A stretch of DNA of 64,000 bases from Amoeboaphelidium protococcarum X5. Its lineage: Eukaryota; Fungi; Aphelidiomycota. Positions within the stretch are counted from its first letter, which is position 1, and the number at the start of each line of letters is the position of its first letter. The notes under the pieces were generated by a model. The model worked only from the letters and a program-made list of their open reading frames with translations. It did not search any database and had not been told where the DNA came from. The position numbers and the translations under genes are program-made. Positions 1 through 13,967 of this stretch are shown in pieces. The stretch is from assembly GCA_023515725.1 (NCBI GenBank), contig JALDTO010000098.1:832164-896163 (forward strand). The letters are read 5' to 3'.

Positions 1-1
1 C

Positions 2-1690
2 TAATTGTAATAGTAGTCTGAAGTTTTGAATGATCGCCATCCCTAGGAGTAGTAATAATCAAGGTATTTCAAGAAGATTTTGGATTAATTTAATAATCAG
101 GATCACTCAATTGCATACTAGAGTAAAAGTTTAGGATAATTAATAACTTCCTATTTGGTATTTAAAGCCTGCTAGATCGAGCTGCTGGTCAGTTCTTCGT
201 AGAATTTGCTCACCATGGCCAAGTCTGTGGGATTATCTTCATTGTCCAACTGGATTGTGAAGAGGACCTTCTTTGCCCAATTCTGTGGTGGAGAGAATGC
301 TAGCGAAGTTGTTCCCGTAATGACAACTTTAAAGTCTAATGGTATATCATCCATTCTGGATCTTTCCATGGAGTCTGACCTGTCAGAGGCTACAGATATG
401 ACTGTATATCCCGATGGAAAGACTGCTTCTGATTTGCGGGCTGAGCGTGTCGTTGAACTCATCAAAGAGTGTATTGATGCCGCTAGTAGCGTTAATTCTG
501 ATAATTTTGTCGCCATTAAAGTTACAGCCTTAGGCTCCACTAATTCTCTGCTGAATATATCTGGTGCTTTGAATTACATTTGGGATGGTTTTAATTATTT
601 AGACTCTGATTAGGATGGTATAATAACTCGAAGATAGTTAGAATCATTACTTCAACAATATCCTGGTTATGATTCAAAAATCAATCTAGAATTTTTCATG
701 AACAACTTTTTTGATCGTGATCAAGAGCAATTCTAATGGAATGATTTAATGCATGTAATCAGTCTGGAAACCGTTCCTAGACTATTTTATGGCGAGATAC
801 CTCTGGCTGAATGGTGTTTGAACCGGCAGTCTTCATCATCGCCCAAGTTCAGAGTTAATGCCTCAGAATATGATTTGAAGGAGCTTCATAAGATTGAGAG
901 CCGCTTGGATGAATTGTGTCGTTGGGCAGAGGAGAAGAATGTGAGGTTGATGGTTGACGCTGAGCAGAGTTATTTTTAATGTGCCATTGATTATCTGGCA
1001 CTCAAGATGATGCGCAAATACAATCATCCACTGAAAGAGAATGCTCGAGTTTATAACACGTATCAAATGTACTTGAAAGATGGCCTCAAGCGATTGATGA
1101 ATGATCTAGCTCTTTCGGATATGGGTGATGATGGAGGCTTTCTATTTGCTGTAAAGCTCGTTAGAGGAGCGTATATGCAGAGTGAAGATTCGCGAGCCAA
1201 AGTGCTTAACCTCAAGTATCCCATAAATGATTCCAAACAGGTAACAGATTAATATTATGATTAGGCGGTTGAGTTGTTATTGAGAAAGAATATGCAAGAT
1301 GCGAATGATAAGAGTAATACCATATAGAAGAGTGTCTCTTTAGTTGTTGCAAGCCATAATAGAATGTCAGTTTTGAAATGTTGTGCCATCATGGAAGATT
1401 TAGGTGTATAGAAAGACAGAGGCATCGTATACTTTGGACAGTTGCTGGGGATGCACGATCACCTTTCTTACAGCCTTGCAGCTAATGGATACCAAGTCGG
1501 TAAATATATTCCGTATGGTCCTATTGAGGATGTTATTCCTTACCTAATACGCCGAGCTCAAGAAAACAAGGCTGTATTTGGCAGTGTGTCAAACAAGTCG
1601 ACAGGGTTAGGTGCACAGGGCCTTGATGACATGTCACTCTTGTATGAGGCAATTCAGAATCGACTATTTCAATAGAAAGATGGTAATTGA
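2..1690 (+). CDS. PUT1: Proline dehydrogenase (5' end lies upstream of the window)
   Basis: One frame open from base 2 to TGA 1688-1690 with TAR=Gln. Motifs FFAQFCGGE, VAIKVTALG, VRLMVDAEQSYFQ, YNTYQMYLKD, KLVRGAYM, VASHN, FGQLLGM, KYIPYGPIEDVIPYLIRRAQEN. Confidence 0.95.
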
Positions 1691-1846
1691 AGCAGTGATT
1701 ATCAGCCGTAAACGTGTGCTGATTTTACATAATAGTGACAACAAAGATAATAGAATTGTCCTTCACAAGTATCACATTACTATCTTTCCATCTCAAAACA
1801 TTTCACATTGCACACCAACAGTTAAGTAGCTAATTAAACATGAATA

Positions 1847-3035
1847 TCAATGGCCCAGTTCAGCACTTCCTTTACTGCCTGTATCTGAGCCATATCGACT
1901 CTCCATATCTTTCAGCGACTACTCCTTCTTCATCAAATCTCTGCGACGAGCCTCAAGCTCATTCTACACCTTGGTCTCCATCTCCTTAAGGCGCTGACTC
2001 TCCTTTCTCAACAGCTCCTCTTTGATCAAGTGCTACTTGGCCAGTTCATCGCGCAGTTCCACATTGTCAACATATTCCTTCGACTGATCCCTGCTCAAGC
2101 TCTTCTCCTCACTAGACAATTTCAACGTACGATAAGTCTCATACAGAGAGTCTTCCGTGATGTCTTTCAAATCCTGCAGATGAGAGTTCAGCACAGCATA
2201 GCGCAGCCTTCCAAAGTCACAGTGATTCGCATTGTCAGTCTCTGCAATTCCCCACTGATACTGACGACCTCTCACCTTCTTTCCATTAACTGGGTACGTT
2301 CCCTCAGAGCCGATGACAGTAAATGGCATCATGGCTTTCAACTCTTTATTGTCAGTAATAGTCTCCTCATCATCATTCTCTGGATCCGATGGAAAGTCGA
2401 AAACTGGAATCTTGTGATAATTAATGTCTTACATGATACGGCGCTTGAAGGTGGCAATCTCCTCAGGACTCAGAGTATCAGCTTTGGCAATCACTGGGAT
2501 GATATTAACTCTTGGAGCTAGTCTCTTCATAAACTCAATGTCAAATTATTTCAATGCATGACCAGTAGGAGCGATAAAGTACAGCAGACAATGAACTCTA
2601 TTATCCTAAAACTTTGGATTTCTCTTAATTCTAGTCTCTTCCAACAGCGCTTCGTCATACTGAGTTTCGATGTAATTGAGACATTGGATATAACTGCTTT
2701 CATTCGATAATTTACATGCAAAATCTGGAGTATAAACTATAGTTAAAGTAATTTTCACTCCCTCCTCGTCCATCTCAATGTTGTATGGAGCCAGTCCAAC
2801 CTCCTTCTCCTGCTGTGCAGATTCCGCATCAGGAACATCTCTCGGCAAGATCAATTACTGCTCACACAGAGTATTGACAAAGGTTCCTTTTCCCAATCCA
2901 GCGGCACCTACAGTATCGTTACTTCTATTGTAAATGCTACAGCACTAATGTAAATTCAAAAAGCATACCTGCAATCATGACGGTAAAGTTTAGGCCCTTC
3001 TTGGCACCTTTCCTGCGCATTGCCGAAGACTACAT
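1847..3035 (-). CDS. CDC11: Septin, Cdc11/AspA-like; one intron 2908-2968
   Basis: [18 protein letters not shown]|[15 protein letters not shown]-loop, [24 protein letters not shown] and a C-terminal coiled coil; GT-AG intron; TGA at 1847-1849. Subfamily call is from N-terminal resemblance only. Confidence 0.85.
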
Positions 3036-4308
3036 ACTTAAGAAGTTGATAATTATAAGTTGAATAAATATAGCAAGTATCCTACCATTTTATGATTCAA
3101 TACCAAGTAAAGACTAAATGGACCACTATAATTTGGATATAATCTTATTATCGTTACGAGATAAATGGAACAAAAACAAGAAAATTGCGAAGCGAGAAAC
3201 ACTGAGAGATTTGACAGATAAAATGGAGTTTGTGGGGGAGGCACTTTGTGCGCGCAAATAGTCTGTCATATCTACTTTATCACAGTTCATTCTCAGATAA
3301 TATCTAATAGTTTGCAATTGTTGACAGAGATAGAGCGCCGTAAGTTGATACAGCGGAACAAGCCCATCAAAGTACTATAGTTGATGTCAACTCAACCTAT
3401 CTCTCCCGATGTGATTCATTTAAAACATTCTAAAACGTCTTTCTCTGTCTCAATCACTAATCAGACGGGTCATACTTGGCTAATGTTGAATAATACATGT
3501 TTAAAACGCCAGTCTAAGATAAATGCGCAGGTCTACATGGTGTTGATCAGCTATTATTTCAAACCAAATGATTCACTATATTCTGTGATGTGATGATTGT
3601 TTCTGAGGTAACAATACGCGTTAATGATGACTATTAGCTGACACGGTTCTTGTAATTTCATTCCATTATGCCTCCTAATGTATAAAAGTAATGGTTTAAA
3701 GAATGTGAGCCAAAATAATAGTACAGGTTCTCGTGTCGTCATTGATGCCGAGCGCAACCATGTCGCAAGTATTAGACTTTATTGAGTCTTGTAACAAGAT
3801 TATATCTTATTTATAAGAGCAGCCGTAAACTAATTAAAATGATCCCACCTTGTAACGTCTTAAATTCTTTGTGGCGAAGTACGACTTTTCCACGGCAAGG
3901 ATGGTGCTGACATACATATATAGTTAGTGGTAGGCTTGGAATAAGCTGCCTACAAGAATTTCAATTTAATGTGAGAGCTGAATCAAAACTTGATAGCCAA
4001 AATACACGATCTGGAAGAAGAGGTTGCCAGTCTGGAGGCAAGCTCTCAACAATCGCAGAGTCCGCCCTTAGCTGCAACAGGAAAGATGAATATAGGATGA
4101 GGAAAATATAAGTTAAACATGACCATAATTTAGTTGTCTTGAGTTTTACACTTTTTTGTATTTCATGAATCTTCTTAGTTTTACTAAGGCTCTGTTAATA
4201 CACAATACATTGCCGCGTAACATTCTTTACAGCTTCAACGCGATGTATAAAAGCTGAAACATTCATTAAAAAGGTAAATAAGCACCTAAAAAGAGTGTTA
4301 TAAAGAAT

Positions 4309-5475
4309 TCATACGGTTTTATCTTGACACTGTATTGCATCTTTCCAAGGTAGAAGAGAGCCAAACTTGAAATGCTACACAATAGGAAACTTACCCAGCA
4401 CTTCACCCAGAAACATCTTCAAAAGGCCCCGATTGACGCGCTCCCATCCACCACTTTTGATTCCACTAACATCATACAGATAGGGGGAATGCTCATGGAA
4501 TGGGCCACTCTTCATTTCATGTATAAATGCAATACATCCCATGAGCATGTACTCATTCTTACAATTGTCCACGACGTCTTTATTCAGAATAGACTTTGGT
4601 TTCAAGTGAGGATGATCAATCAACTGAGAACTTCCAAGTATATACGCGATAAATTGATAGTCATCAAGTCCCCAAACACCATGACTTCCAGCTGGTTCCA
4701 ATTTGTATAGTCGCTGCAGTTTTCTGACCAAATGCAAGTATCGATTAAAAATTGTGAATGATACATGCGGGTAATCATCCACGGAGAAGTAACTCAAAAG
4801 GTCCAGGCACGTAAGAAATGCAAAAAAGTACAGTTCATGACCACTGCCATAATCTAACCTTGCCTGATTACCAAAGGAATGCATCCAATATTCTTCTAAC
4901 TCTGAAATGGCATCTTAAGGTAGTTCTAATTGCTCCAACAATTACTCCGACTTATCGGTAACTCGCTATAGCCACTGTTTAAAGGCTACATTACCAAATC
5001 GTTATGGCTATTCAACAGGAGGTATTTCTTGGATCCATTCATCCAACTGATCAATCAACTTGACAAGCTTCAGTACTTTTGGACTTTCAGTACCTGCAAT
5101 TTAACGCGTCACTCCAATAGAAGAGGTGTTAATAACCATCAAGAACGTCATAATGGTGTCGAATGCTTCAGACTTGTTCCAAGCTTTGAGGTCAGATTAA
5201 GTATTAATACACTTTATAGGTGTACAATAACTCCCTCCAGCAATATTCTCTCTCTTTTTGCTTATCTTTTATAGCATAGTCTACAAGTAGGAACTCCTTT
5301 CTAATGTGACATTTCTCGCACTAGCGATTCCAACAGATCTTGTCATTGCAGTTGAATCTGATCTGAGGTTGGATGGAGGAAAGAACTCTGGTGATGGTAT
5401 CCTCTTAGGTGGGCCCATCTGACTAGGAAGCGGTACATCTATAGGTGGCCGCTTATAGCTTGGAATATTATCCAT
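4309..5475 (-). CDS. PTPA: PP2A activator (PTPA, Rrd1/Rrd2 family); an intron near 5230-5290 is needed to join the frames
   Basis: QPQRFGNVAF, SFGNQARLDYGSGHEL, LEPAGSHGVWGLDDYQF, EVLGKFPIVQHFKFG; TGA at 4309-4311. Start codon less certain. Confidence 0.9.
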
Positions 5476-5658
5476 TTTCAATCTTCTGACAATGTAATCT
5501 ATTGCGATTCAAGCTGAAAAGCTATGAGAACTCAGTAGTACAACTTAAAGAATGAACGTCAATTTAGTGATATCTTCTGGATTTGTAAGACAAACTAAAT
5601 ACGCTCTTTGCAATATATGTAAGAGTAAGTGAATTTAAGCTAATATGATTAGAAATGT

Positions 5659-6540
5659 TCACAGTTTAACAAACACTTCCCAATTCTAATACGGCAGAAT
5701 AAGATTATACTACTCGGCCAACTCTCTACAAACTCACGCAACATGAAGAGATATAACGGATTACGATTGAACATAATACTAAATCCTACCTTGGAATGAA
5801 GCGCCCAGCCAAATAATGAATGCCTTTGTAATGTTTCATGCAAATTTTGGGCGCTGTCAGAGAGATCACCATACTAGGATTGACTTAACATGATCGATGC
5901 GTAACTTCTACACCATTGGTTGAATATTATGTCAATCCATTTGAATCCCGATAATGAAATGATATAATACCGCTGTCGACATCCCATCCAGAAGGGATAT
6001 CTATTGAGATGATGAATTATCTGCTTTAGAACAGTTGAGACAGGACGCGATCGAATGGTTCACGTAGAGCGCCTTTAAATCCGAATCCGAATATCGCATC
6101 AACAACAATATCAAACTCTGATAGGACTGGAAACTCTGTAACAATCCTTATTTTCAAAGCATCTAGTTATTAAATCAAACCTGCATACAAATCTTTCTAC
6201 ACACTGCGCTCCTTCGTAGGATAGCAGACAGTACACTGCCATCGCTGCGGATCCATTAAAGTTAGATGACGCGCTGCAACCAGACCATCACCGCCATTAT
6301 TACCGGGACCACAGGTGAACAGAACTTTACAATCTTTCTATTTACCAGAGAATTAATCAGCAATACATTATGCCACAGCTTGTCCAGCTAACTCCATCAA
6401 AATGGCAATCGGCAATTTGTAATCGTTCACAAGTTTCAGATCAATCTCGCTAGCCTCGTTCTATGTTATAAACTACACTTACTAAAGTCAAGACAAGCTG
6501 CTAGTTACATTCTACTAATCAATTATAATATTACCTTCAT
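5659..6540 (-). CDS. NNR1: NAD(P)H-hydrate epimerase (YjeF_N / APOA1BP), spliced; missed by the ORF track
   Basis: MK|[81 protein letters not shown]. Confidence 0.92.
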
Positions 6541-6745
6541 ACCACCGCCCTCAATTTAGTTATCTGTAATCAATTTGGCGCGCTTTGTATATTGGCCTTA
6601 AGCGATGAATTAATGTACAATTACGCTGTTCTGACGGTCGTTCCGCTTTTCTCCCTAACAAAACGCATTTCACAATAGAACCGCATTCAGAATTTATATC
6701 TCCTTGTGGTAATTGACAGATTCTAAAATATCATTATTATAATAA

Positions 6746-8543
6746 ATGGAGCCAGTATCGCAAAAGTAGAGAGCATCGCTGTAGGAAGATAAGTTGGAAG
6801 TGGAATGTAAATCTGATTAGAGTCACGCTGACATGGAGGTTCAAGAGCGGCTAATAGATTTGAATTTGAGACGGAACAGTATAGAAGGCCAACAATTTTA
6901 GAATATAGATAATCCTGTGAGAGAGTCAAGAGCTTCTAGCATAGTGTCCAATGGCCCATCGCCGTATCTTGTATCGCCCACGGGGATTATATCGCATAAG
7001 GCCATCCGACAGACTCTGAGTGAATTGAACAAGGAGAGACCAGATGACACTGGTATTGGATCTGGTAGAATTAGACATTATGCGCAACAATCACCACAGC
7101 AGCCGGAATGGAAGCGACATGAGAAGCATTTCTTCCTATTCAGTTCTGCCGGTAAACCAGTGTATAGTCGGTATGGTGATGAGAATCTACTCGCTGGTCT
7201 GGTTGGCCTTCTGTAAGTTATTATTGCCACGTATCAAGAGGATGATGATCAGATTAAGAGCATACAATGCAATGGGATGAAGGCTGTATTTCTATTGCGT
7301 GGCCCTCTGTATTATGTATTGGTATCGCGCACAGATGAACCAGAGGTTGCACTTAAAGAGTAGTTGCTTTGGCTTCACTATTAGATTGTTTCCATCACTA
7401 CAACCACATAATTGACTCGGATATTTAAACAACATCCCAATTTTGATCTTAGAAGGTTACTCGGTGGGACTGAAGCATTTCTGGATCATCTATGTGAATC
7501 TGTTGGATTCGATCCCTGTTACGTATTTAATGCTGTAAAGACTTTGAAGATGTCTGATTAGTTGAGGCAAGTCGTGGGAAATGGTCTATTGAATGGTATA
7601 AAGTCTGCGATGAAAAATAGTCAGTCTAATAGTGGTGGTGGTGGTAGCGGCTTTCAATTGTTATATGGTATGCTCATTGTGGGTAGATAATTGATTACCA
7701 TCTTGCGGCCGTCCAAGCACTCGTTCCATCCATCCGACCTGCACTTGATCATCAACATGGTGAATTCGTCCACCTCGTTCAAAACATCGCCCGAGTCATG
7801 GATGCCCATTTGTCTACCCAAGTTCACTGATCAGTCATTCCTTCATGCTCATATCAGTTACATCACTCCCAACTATCCGCCTCCATCCTCTAATCTGTGT
7901 CTGATCTTGGTGAGCAGTGACGCTACCGACTTTCACAGAATGAGTGAGTGTAAGTAGAAGATTGTGAATGAGCTCAGTCAATCTGGCTCTCTGTATCTAC
8001 TCCAAGATTCTGTGCGTCGAAGCGATTATGACATTGGTAAGTTTATTACTGTATATCAGTGTATCTTTATGATATTATTTGTTTTCGTGCGACTTGAATA
8101 ATATTGTAGATGCAGTGCAAGTGCACGGATTACGACATTTCATTTACAAGAGTAAGCAGAACATACAGTACACTATGCCTCGATTTGAACAACCATACAA
8201 GGATAATTACGTGGAGCAAAGAAGGTAATGTTGATTGTGAGAGACTTGTGGACAAAGCATACATTGTTAATCATCGTTGCATGTTTTCAGGATATGTAGG
8301 ATCATGAGATTGTACTAGAGCATGAGATGTAGTATGACAAGTGTATAGAATCAAGATAAAGTGCAGTTTGCAGTTACAGAGCACGAGTCTATCTACGGGT
8401 GGATTACGCCATCGTTCGAACTGTTTGCTTTATTTGGACCGTTCGTTACTAAAGGCAATGCGTATATCGCTGTCAATTCTCTTCTCAAATGGATCAAGAC
8501 TGAAGAGAATTCGCTATTTATTGTCAATGCACCAACTCTGTGA
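6746..8543 (+). CDS. MON1: Vacuolar fusion protein Mon1 (Rab7 GEF subunit); introns ~8037-8110 and ~8225-8290
   Basis: KHFFLFSSAGKPVYSRYGDE, NFDLRRLLGGTE, HSFHPSDLHLIINMV, ESWMPICLPKF, GWITPSFELF, KWIKTEENSLFI. Confidence 0.93.
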
Positions 8544-8738
8544 ATATGAAATTATAATGCTCACTACTTTGCTTCATGATATTACATTTCATTTAATTCT
8601 AATACTTCATTTTACAACTACAAACTTTTTCACACCAACACCGACCAGCAATAAAATTTTTAAAATACTTTGTACTATGATACACTTTCTACTGTATCCC
8701 TACGCAACCATTGTCCAGTACCTTAGAACGACATTAAA

Positions 8739-10337
8739 TCAACACCAGGGGCCAAATAGAATGTGGAAATAAGTCAAGTGAGAGAATATGTTGAGGTTCT
8801 TGATACCACTAGAGCAGAGTACATTCTCCTAAGGATACAATTCATCGTCACTGCTTTTCTACTTTTAAGATCTACCGCCACTCAAATCACCATGTCCATC
8901 ACAGCTCCAAACCTGATCCATAGACTTCACAATGAACGATTCAGCCGTGTGATGCAGATAAGTCTTGTACTTGCCAATAATGATAGGAAACGCCTTCCTC
9001 GGTGGCAAGTGAGTGACCAAGTCCGAGTAGTACGTGGTTCTCTGCACAGGGAAATTCTTCATCTTCATCAACCAGCTGGCGAAGACGGCATTTCCTACAC
9101 GTGGCTCACCAAATGTGTATGTTCTGAAGGATACTGCTGCATTCTCGTAAAAGGCATAGCCACCATCGTGTCCGAGTAGATTCTTCAGAACGGGAAATCT
9201 ACCTTGCACAGCATAACGTCTCAATTCCAGAGCTCCTATGATAGCTGCAGCTCCACCCAACGAGTGACCAGTCAAGATGAATTCGAACCAAACTTTAGGT
9301 GAATTCAATGGCTATTCAGCCAGTTCCTACTTCATAACCTCAGTTATACCATCCACGATCTAGTCTTAAACATCTGTCCACACCTTCCAGAACCCCAAGT
9401 GAATTCGATTGTGTTGAGGACCTTCTGGATAAATGTAATCCAAAAGTGAGAACTTCAAGTCATGCACAAAATTCTTCAGATTCATTGAACCTCTAAACGC
9501 AATCACAATAGTCTTCTTCTTGTAACCAGGATACTAATCCACGTCATAACCATCTTGAGAATGATGCTGATCCAACAAAGGATTAGTAGCAATATAACCA
9601 GTCATCCCAGAAGATTTACCATGAAAGTACATATGGCTCTTGGTAGCTGCTAGTATATCTTGCTATGGTGCACCGCCAGAAGAGAACGAAGGAGATGATT
9701 ATTATGACAATGTGGCGTTGCTTTACGGATCTCTAATAGCATCCATTGTGAGATCACCATTTTTACAACGAGGATATCCGCACTTCCACTACGGATACAA
9801 ATTCCAAGACATACAATAAGATGAGGCTGCCAGAGAAGCATAAAGAGTCAATTCAGCCTTTCTGTGTTGCTCAATCTGTGGCAGCGCTTGTACTCTCTTC
9901 TTCATTAAAAGTTGACCATCATCACTATCAACAACATTCTATAAATCATTTTAATCTCCATCCGTATACGAATACTTGAATTCTGTACGATCAAGAAACT
10001 CTGTAAAGTTTTCTCTACTCAACTCCACCAACTGTTGTGCATATAAACTAGCAGCCTCTTGTTGAGGCGAGTTTATTGCCAATTGAGTGAGCAGTTCCCA
10101 CGCTTTTACAGACTTAGAATCAAACAAATCGACACCATTCAACCTCAGATCATTCTCACTACCAGATTTCTCAGTATTCAAAGATGGTACCTCATCATTC
10201 AGGGACAATTAAATCAACTACTGTTCGATCTAATACCGTTCATGGTCATTACGAAGAATCACCTATTAACAACACACAGCAACCAAACACAGACACAGTA
10301 TGAATAAACGAGATTAAGCACCAGAAAATACAACCAT
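8739..10337 (-). CDS. Secreted class 3 lipase with long N-terminal pro-region
   Basis: Hydrophobic N-terminus; IVIAFRGS, HLGFW, TGHSLGGA (GxSxG nucleophile), YTFGEPRVGN, DLVTHLPP, SHLTYF; single frame to TGA 8739-8741. Confidence 0.9.
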
Positions 10338-11113
10338 TGATAGACAGAAAATATATATAAACTATTGTAGTAAATTGTAAAACCAAAAATAACTACTCCT
10401 CAAGATTATGAAATGAGTGTAATAGTATTCAGAGACTCAAAGTGGTGAGAACAAGCAAGCAAGCAAGCAAAGCAGTGAGTGAGTGATCAAATGTTGGTCA
10501 AGTCTGTGAGAAAATCTAGACGCGTTTGCTCCGTTTCGTTTCATTTCGCCTCTCTCATTCGCCACTTCTCCCTTTCTGCCCGTTCTTCTTAAAACGATGA
10601 GTCGGCAATCAGTGATCGATTCGCAGTCGCACATTTAATGACAGACGTGGGGCGTTCCCTTAAAGAATGGATGACTCACACCGAGAATCTGGAAATAGCA
10701 AATTTTATTAGTTTTATTTTTCCATTGACACGAGAATGCCCTTATTTATTGCTTATTACAATGACCCAATTACTATGAGTGAAAAGTTGGATTTATAGAT
10801 TTAATTACACTACTTAGTTTCGAATAGTAATTGACTTGCATAGTCTACTTTGGTTCTTAAATTGTAGAATTGGTATGACATAATTCACTTACGGTTATTT
10901 AACAGATAAATATATTAATTATATTTCGTACTTGCTTTGTTGTATAGAGAGAGTGGCGTTTCGCATTGTTGAGGAATTTTAACTTGACAAAAGCACGTGC
11001 TATTATAAATCAGCAAAAGTTATGATGGTTCTTCCCTAAAGTCTCGCGTTTAATGCTTTTAAGTTTCATCATCTTTTTATTTGGTCTCATAAAAATTTCA
11101 ATTAGTATAAATC

Positions 11114-12115
11114 ATGTTTGTAATACGCGTTTTTTACGTTTGTATCGCCGTATTTGCTCTGGTAATGGCCACACTGTATCTGAGCTATCCTAAATACTCA
11201 GAGTACGGCAAAATGAACACGAAGAATATCAAGGTGGCTGCTAATCTGACGTCCCACTGGTAAATTGCTTCCAATGGGTGGAAATCTGTTGCATTGGATT
11301 TGCCCGATGGTGTAAAACTGCATTACGCGTACGAGCAGCCTGTCAATATATCTATGGTGGACGGTCCTATGTATTCAAAAAAGATTCGCTTTTCTAATTC
11401 AGAATATTCAGTCTTGGAGAAGGCAACATGGTTCAACTAGTCAATTCATACGTGCTTTACGACTGCTACAGTGGAAATGCGCTGTAAAGGATCTCCGCAG
11501 AATCCAAATGGTTTTGTGATTTTGAATCTAGGATTCAACCAAGCGCTGAAATGTTATATGAATAAGACTGCGAGCAATTATGCTGTTAGTTTTAAAGAGA
11601 AAAGCTGTGATGCGTAGAGGAATGGCGGCAGCTTTTTCGATAAAAGTGCCCGTAAGTCTGAGTATTGGTAGCGTGAAGTATAAAGCAGCGTTGGATTGAA
11701 CAATGTCCAGGACCTGGATCTTGATATTAAGGTTAAATTCCATGTCCCCGAGTTTAGTGTTCCATCTGCTAAAGTATGCGCCAGTCAAAAGTGTATCATT
11801 GAGCGTGGTCAGAGTGATTATGTCAGTCTGGTGCTATAATCGGGAATTCAATCTTCTCCGGCTGTCAGTGTAAGTCTTAATGTTAAATATGAACCGCTCT
11901 ATCGTGCATTCTATATACTGTGGGAACTATTCTATCTCTTGATTTGCGGAATTGCCTTACTTAGCGTGAATCCATGGACCTGGGTATTATACTTAGCATT
12001 TGGATGTTGTAATCCTATACTGATTATGATCAGAATGAAATATCGCGCTAGAAATTTACGTTAAAGAGATTTAAAAACTGAAATGAAAGCGCTGAACCCT
12101 GCTGATAAAGTTTGA
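11114..12115 (+). CDS. Uncharacterised membrane protein, 333 aa, paralog A
   Basis: ATG-to-TGA ORF under TAR=Gln; N-terminal TM/anchor, Cys-containing lumenal domain, C-terminal hydrophobic segments; clearly paralogous to 12506-13498. Confidence 0.8.
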
Positions 12116-12505
12116 ATAATTTGCTTTACTCTAAGATTTTTGTGATAGTTAGTAGGATGAATTGAGCTTGGTTTCCCTATTGGAAATGAAATTTGTTAAA
12201 TTGAAAATGAAATTTATTTTAATAATAGATTAGGAGCTTTTCTGGTTCCTTTGTCAACGCCGAGGCTTTAAGCTTCATCGTGCACTAATTCTTTGATGTG
12301 TTCGCATCATTTAATCGCCATTAGATTTGACAGCTCGCTTTGACACAACCGAGTTTTGACAACAAACACGCGGCATTACAAATCCATCGGTTCAGCATGA
12401 GAAGATATCTCAACCGAACATATCGGCTTGCCCTTTTACAATCCCCTTCCTTATTTTAAATATAGTTCTAGTGTTAATATCGAAATACATATACTGGCTT
12501 ATTTC

Positions 12506-13498
12506 ATGTTTGTAATTCGCGTTTTGTATGTTTGTGTCGCTGCATATGCTCTATTAGTGGCCACACTGTATCTGACCTACCCCAGATTTTCTGAGTATGG
12601 AAAGATGAATGGTAAGGATGTAGCAGTAACTGGAAACCTGACATCTCACTGGTAAATTGCAATGAATGGTTGGGAAAGTGTTGCAGTTGATTTGCCTGAT
12701 GGTGTTTTATTGCAATACGCGTACGATCAGCCGGAGAATATGTCCATTGTCGATGGTCCAATGTATAAGAAAAAGATTATCATTTCGCATTAAGAATCGT
12801 AAGGCGTTTAATCCGCCGCCTGGTTTAATTAGTGGATACATTAATGCTTCACTAATGTCACTGTGGAAATGAGCTGTAAAGGTTCGCCGCAGAATCCAGA
12901 CGGGTTCGCGACTTTGATTTTGGGATCGACAGCCCTGAGATGTTACTTGAACTAGACTATGAACAATTACACTCTAAATTTTCATAACCAAGAGTGTGAT
13001 TCGCAGAAGAATGGCGGTAACTTTCTTAGTATTAAGGATAAAAATTCTGAGTATTTGCAAAAGGAAGTATAAGCCTCAGTTGCTTTCAGCGATGTTTAAG
13101 GTCTAGAACTTGATATTCAGGTTCAATTTCAAGTACCCAAGTTTTACTTGCTATCCGGTCAAGTATGCGCTGATAAGCCGTGTATTATTGAGCGTGGTTA
13201 GAGTCAGTACGTTAGTATGGTGTTCTAATCTCAAAATCAATCTGCCGGTTTACGTAAAGTTGGTCTTACTGTACAATTCTCATCAATTTACCGTGCGTTC
13301 TACATTTTGTGGCAAGTTCTCTACTACTTCATGTGGGCTGTATTTGTTGTGAACGTGAACCCTTTTGTATGGCTTGCATATCCTGACTGTGGCTGCCTTG
13401 ATCCAATTTTGATCATGCTGGGAATAAAGAAGCGCACCAGATATCTCCACAAGCGTGACCAGAAAGTCGATATGGAAGCGCTTAATCTTCAAGTCTGA
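12506..13498 (+). CDS. Uncharacterised membrane protein, 330 aa, paralog B
   Basis: Shares MFVIRV, ATLYLxYPxxSEYGKMN, NLTSHWQIAxNGW, DLPDGV, CKGSPQNPxGF, CIIERGQS with paralog A. Confidence 0.8.
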
Positions 13499-13967
13499 CT
13501 GCAGTACCAATATTCTGTCTGAATATCTCTTGTGTTCTATTTTTGAGTTGTGTTCTGTTATCACTAAATTTTTGAATTCGATTCGAGTTACAACGTAGTT
13601 TTTTGTTATCAAATTGGAAGTTTACCACCTACAGCAATTCAACCTTTGCACTTTAGTGTTCTACGTTGTTACTATGAGACGTATTAGGAGATTATAGGGG
13701 ATGAAAGTCTATTTTACACCTGAAATTAGCCGATATACGCTTAATTTACTTGATGATTTATTGGATCAAGTCATTATCTTACCTCTCGAGAGATGCGAAT
13801 CACGTCGGAATTGATTTGAATGAGGTGCTTCTCTTGATCAAGGGGCTACACCAAGTCGTGTCCCTCCACATTACAACGCCGCAACTCATCAATATAAACA
13901 TTATTTTCATTAAGCGCGCCGGATTTAAAATTCTTATTAGACTTTAACGATAAAACGCCATTCTGCG

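Noticed and set aside
3760-4100. Possible small coiled-coil gene (MSQVLDFIESC... / ELNQNLIAKIHDLEEEV...)
   Set aside because: The two pieces are in different frames and I could not join them with a consistent GT-AG intron; left unresolved.
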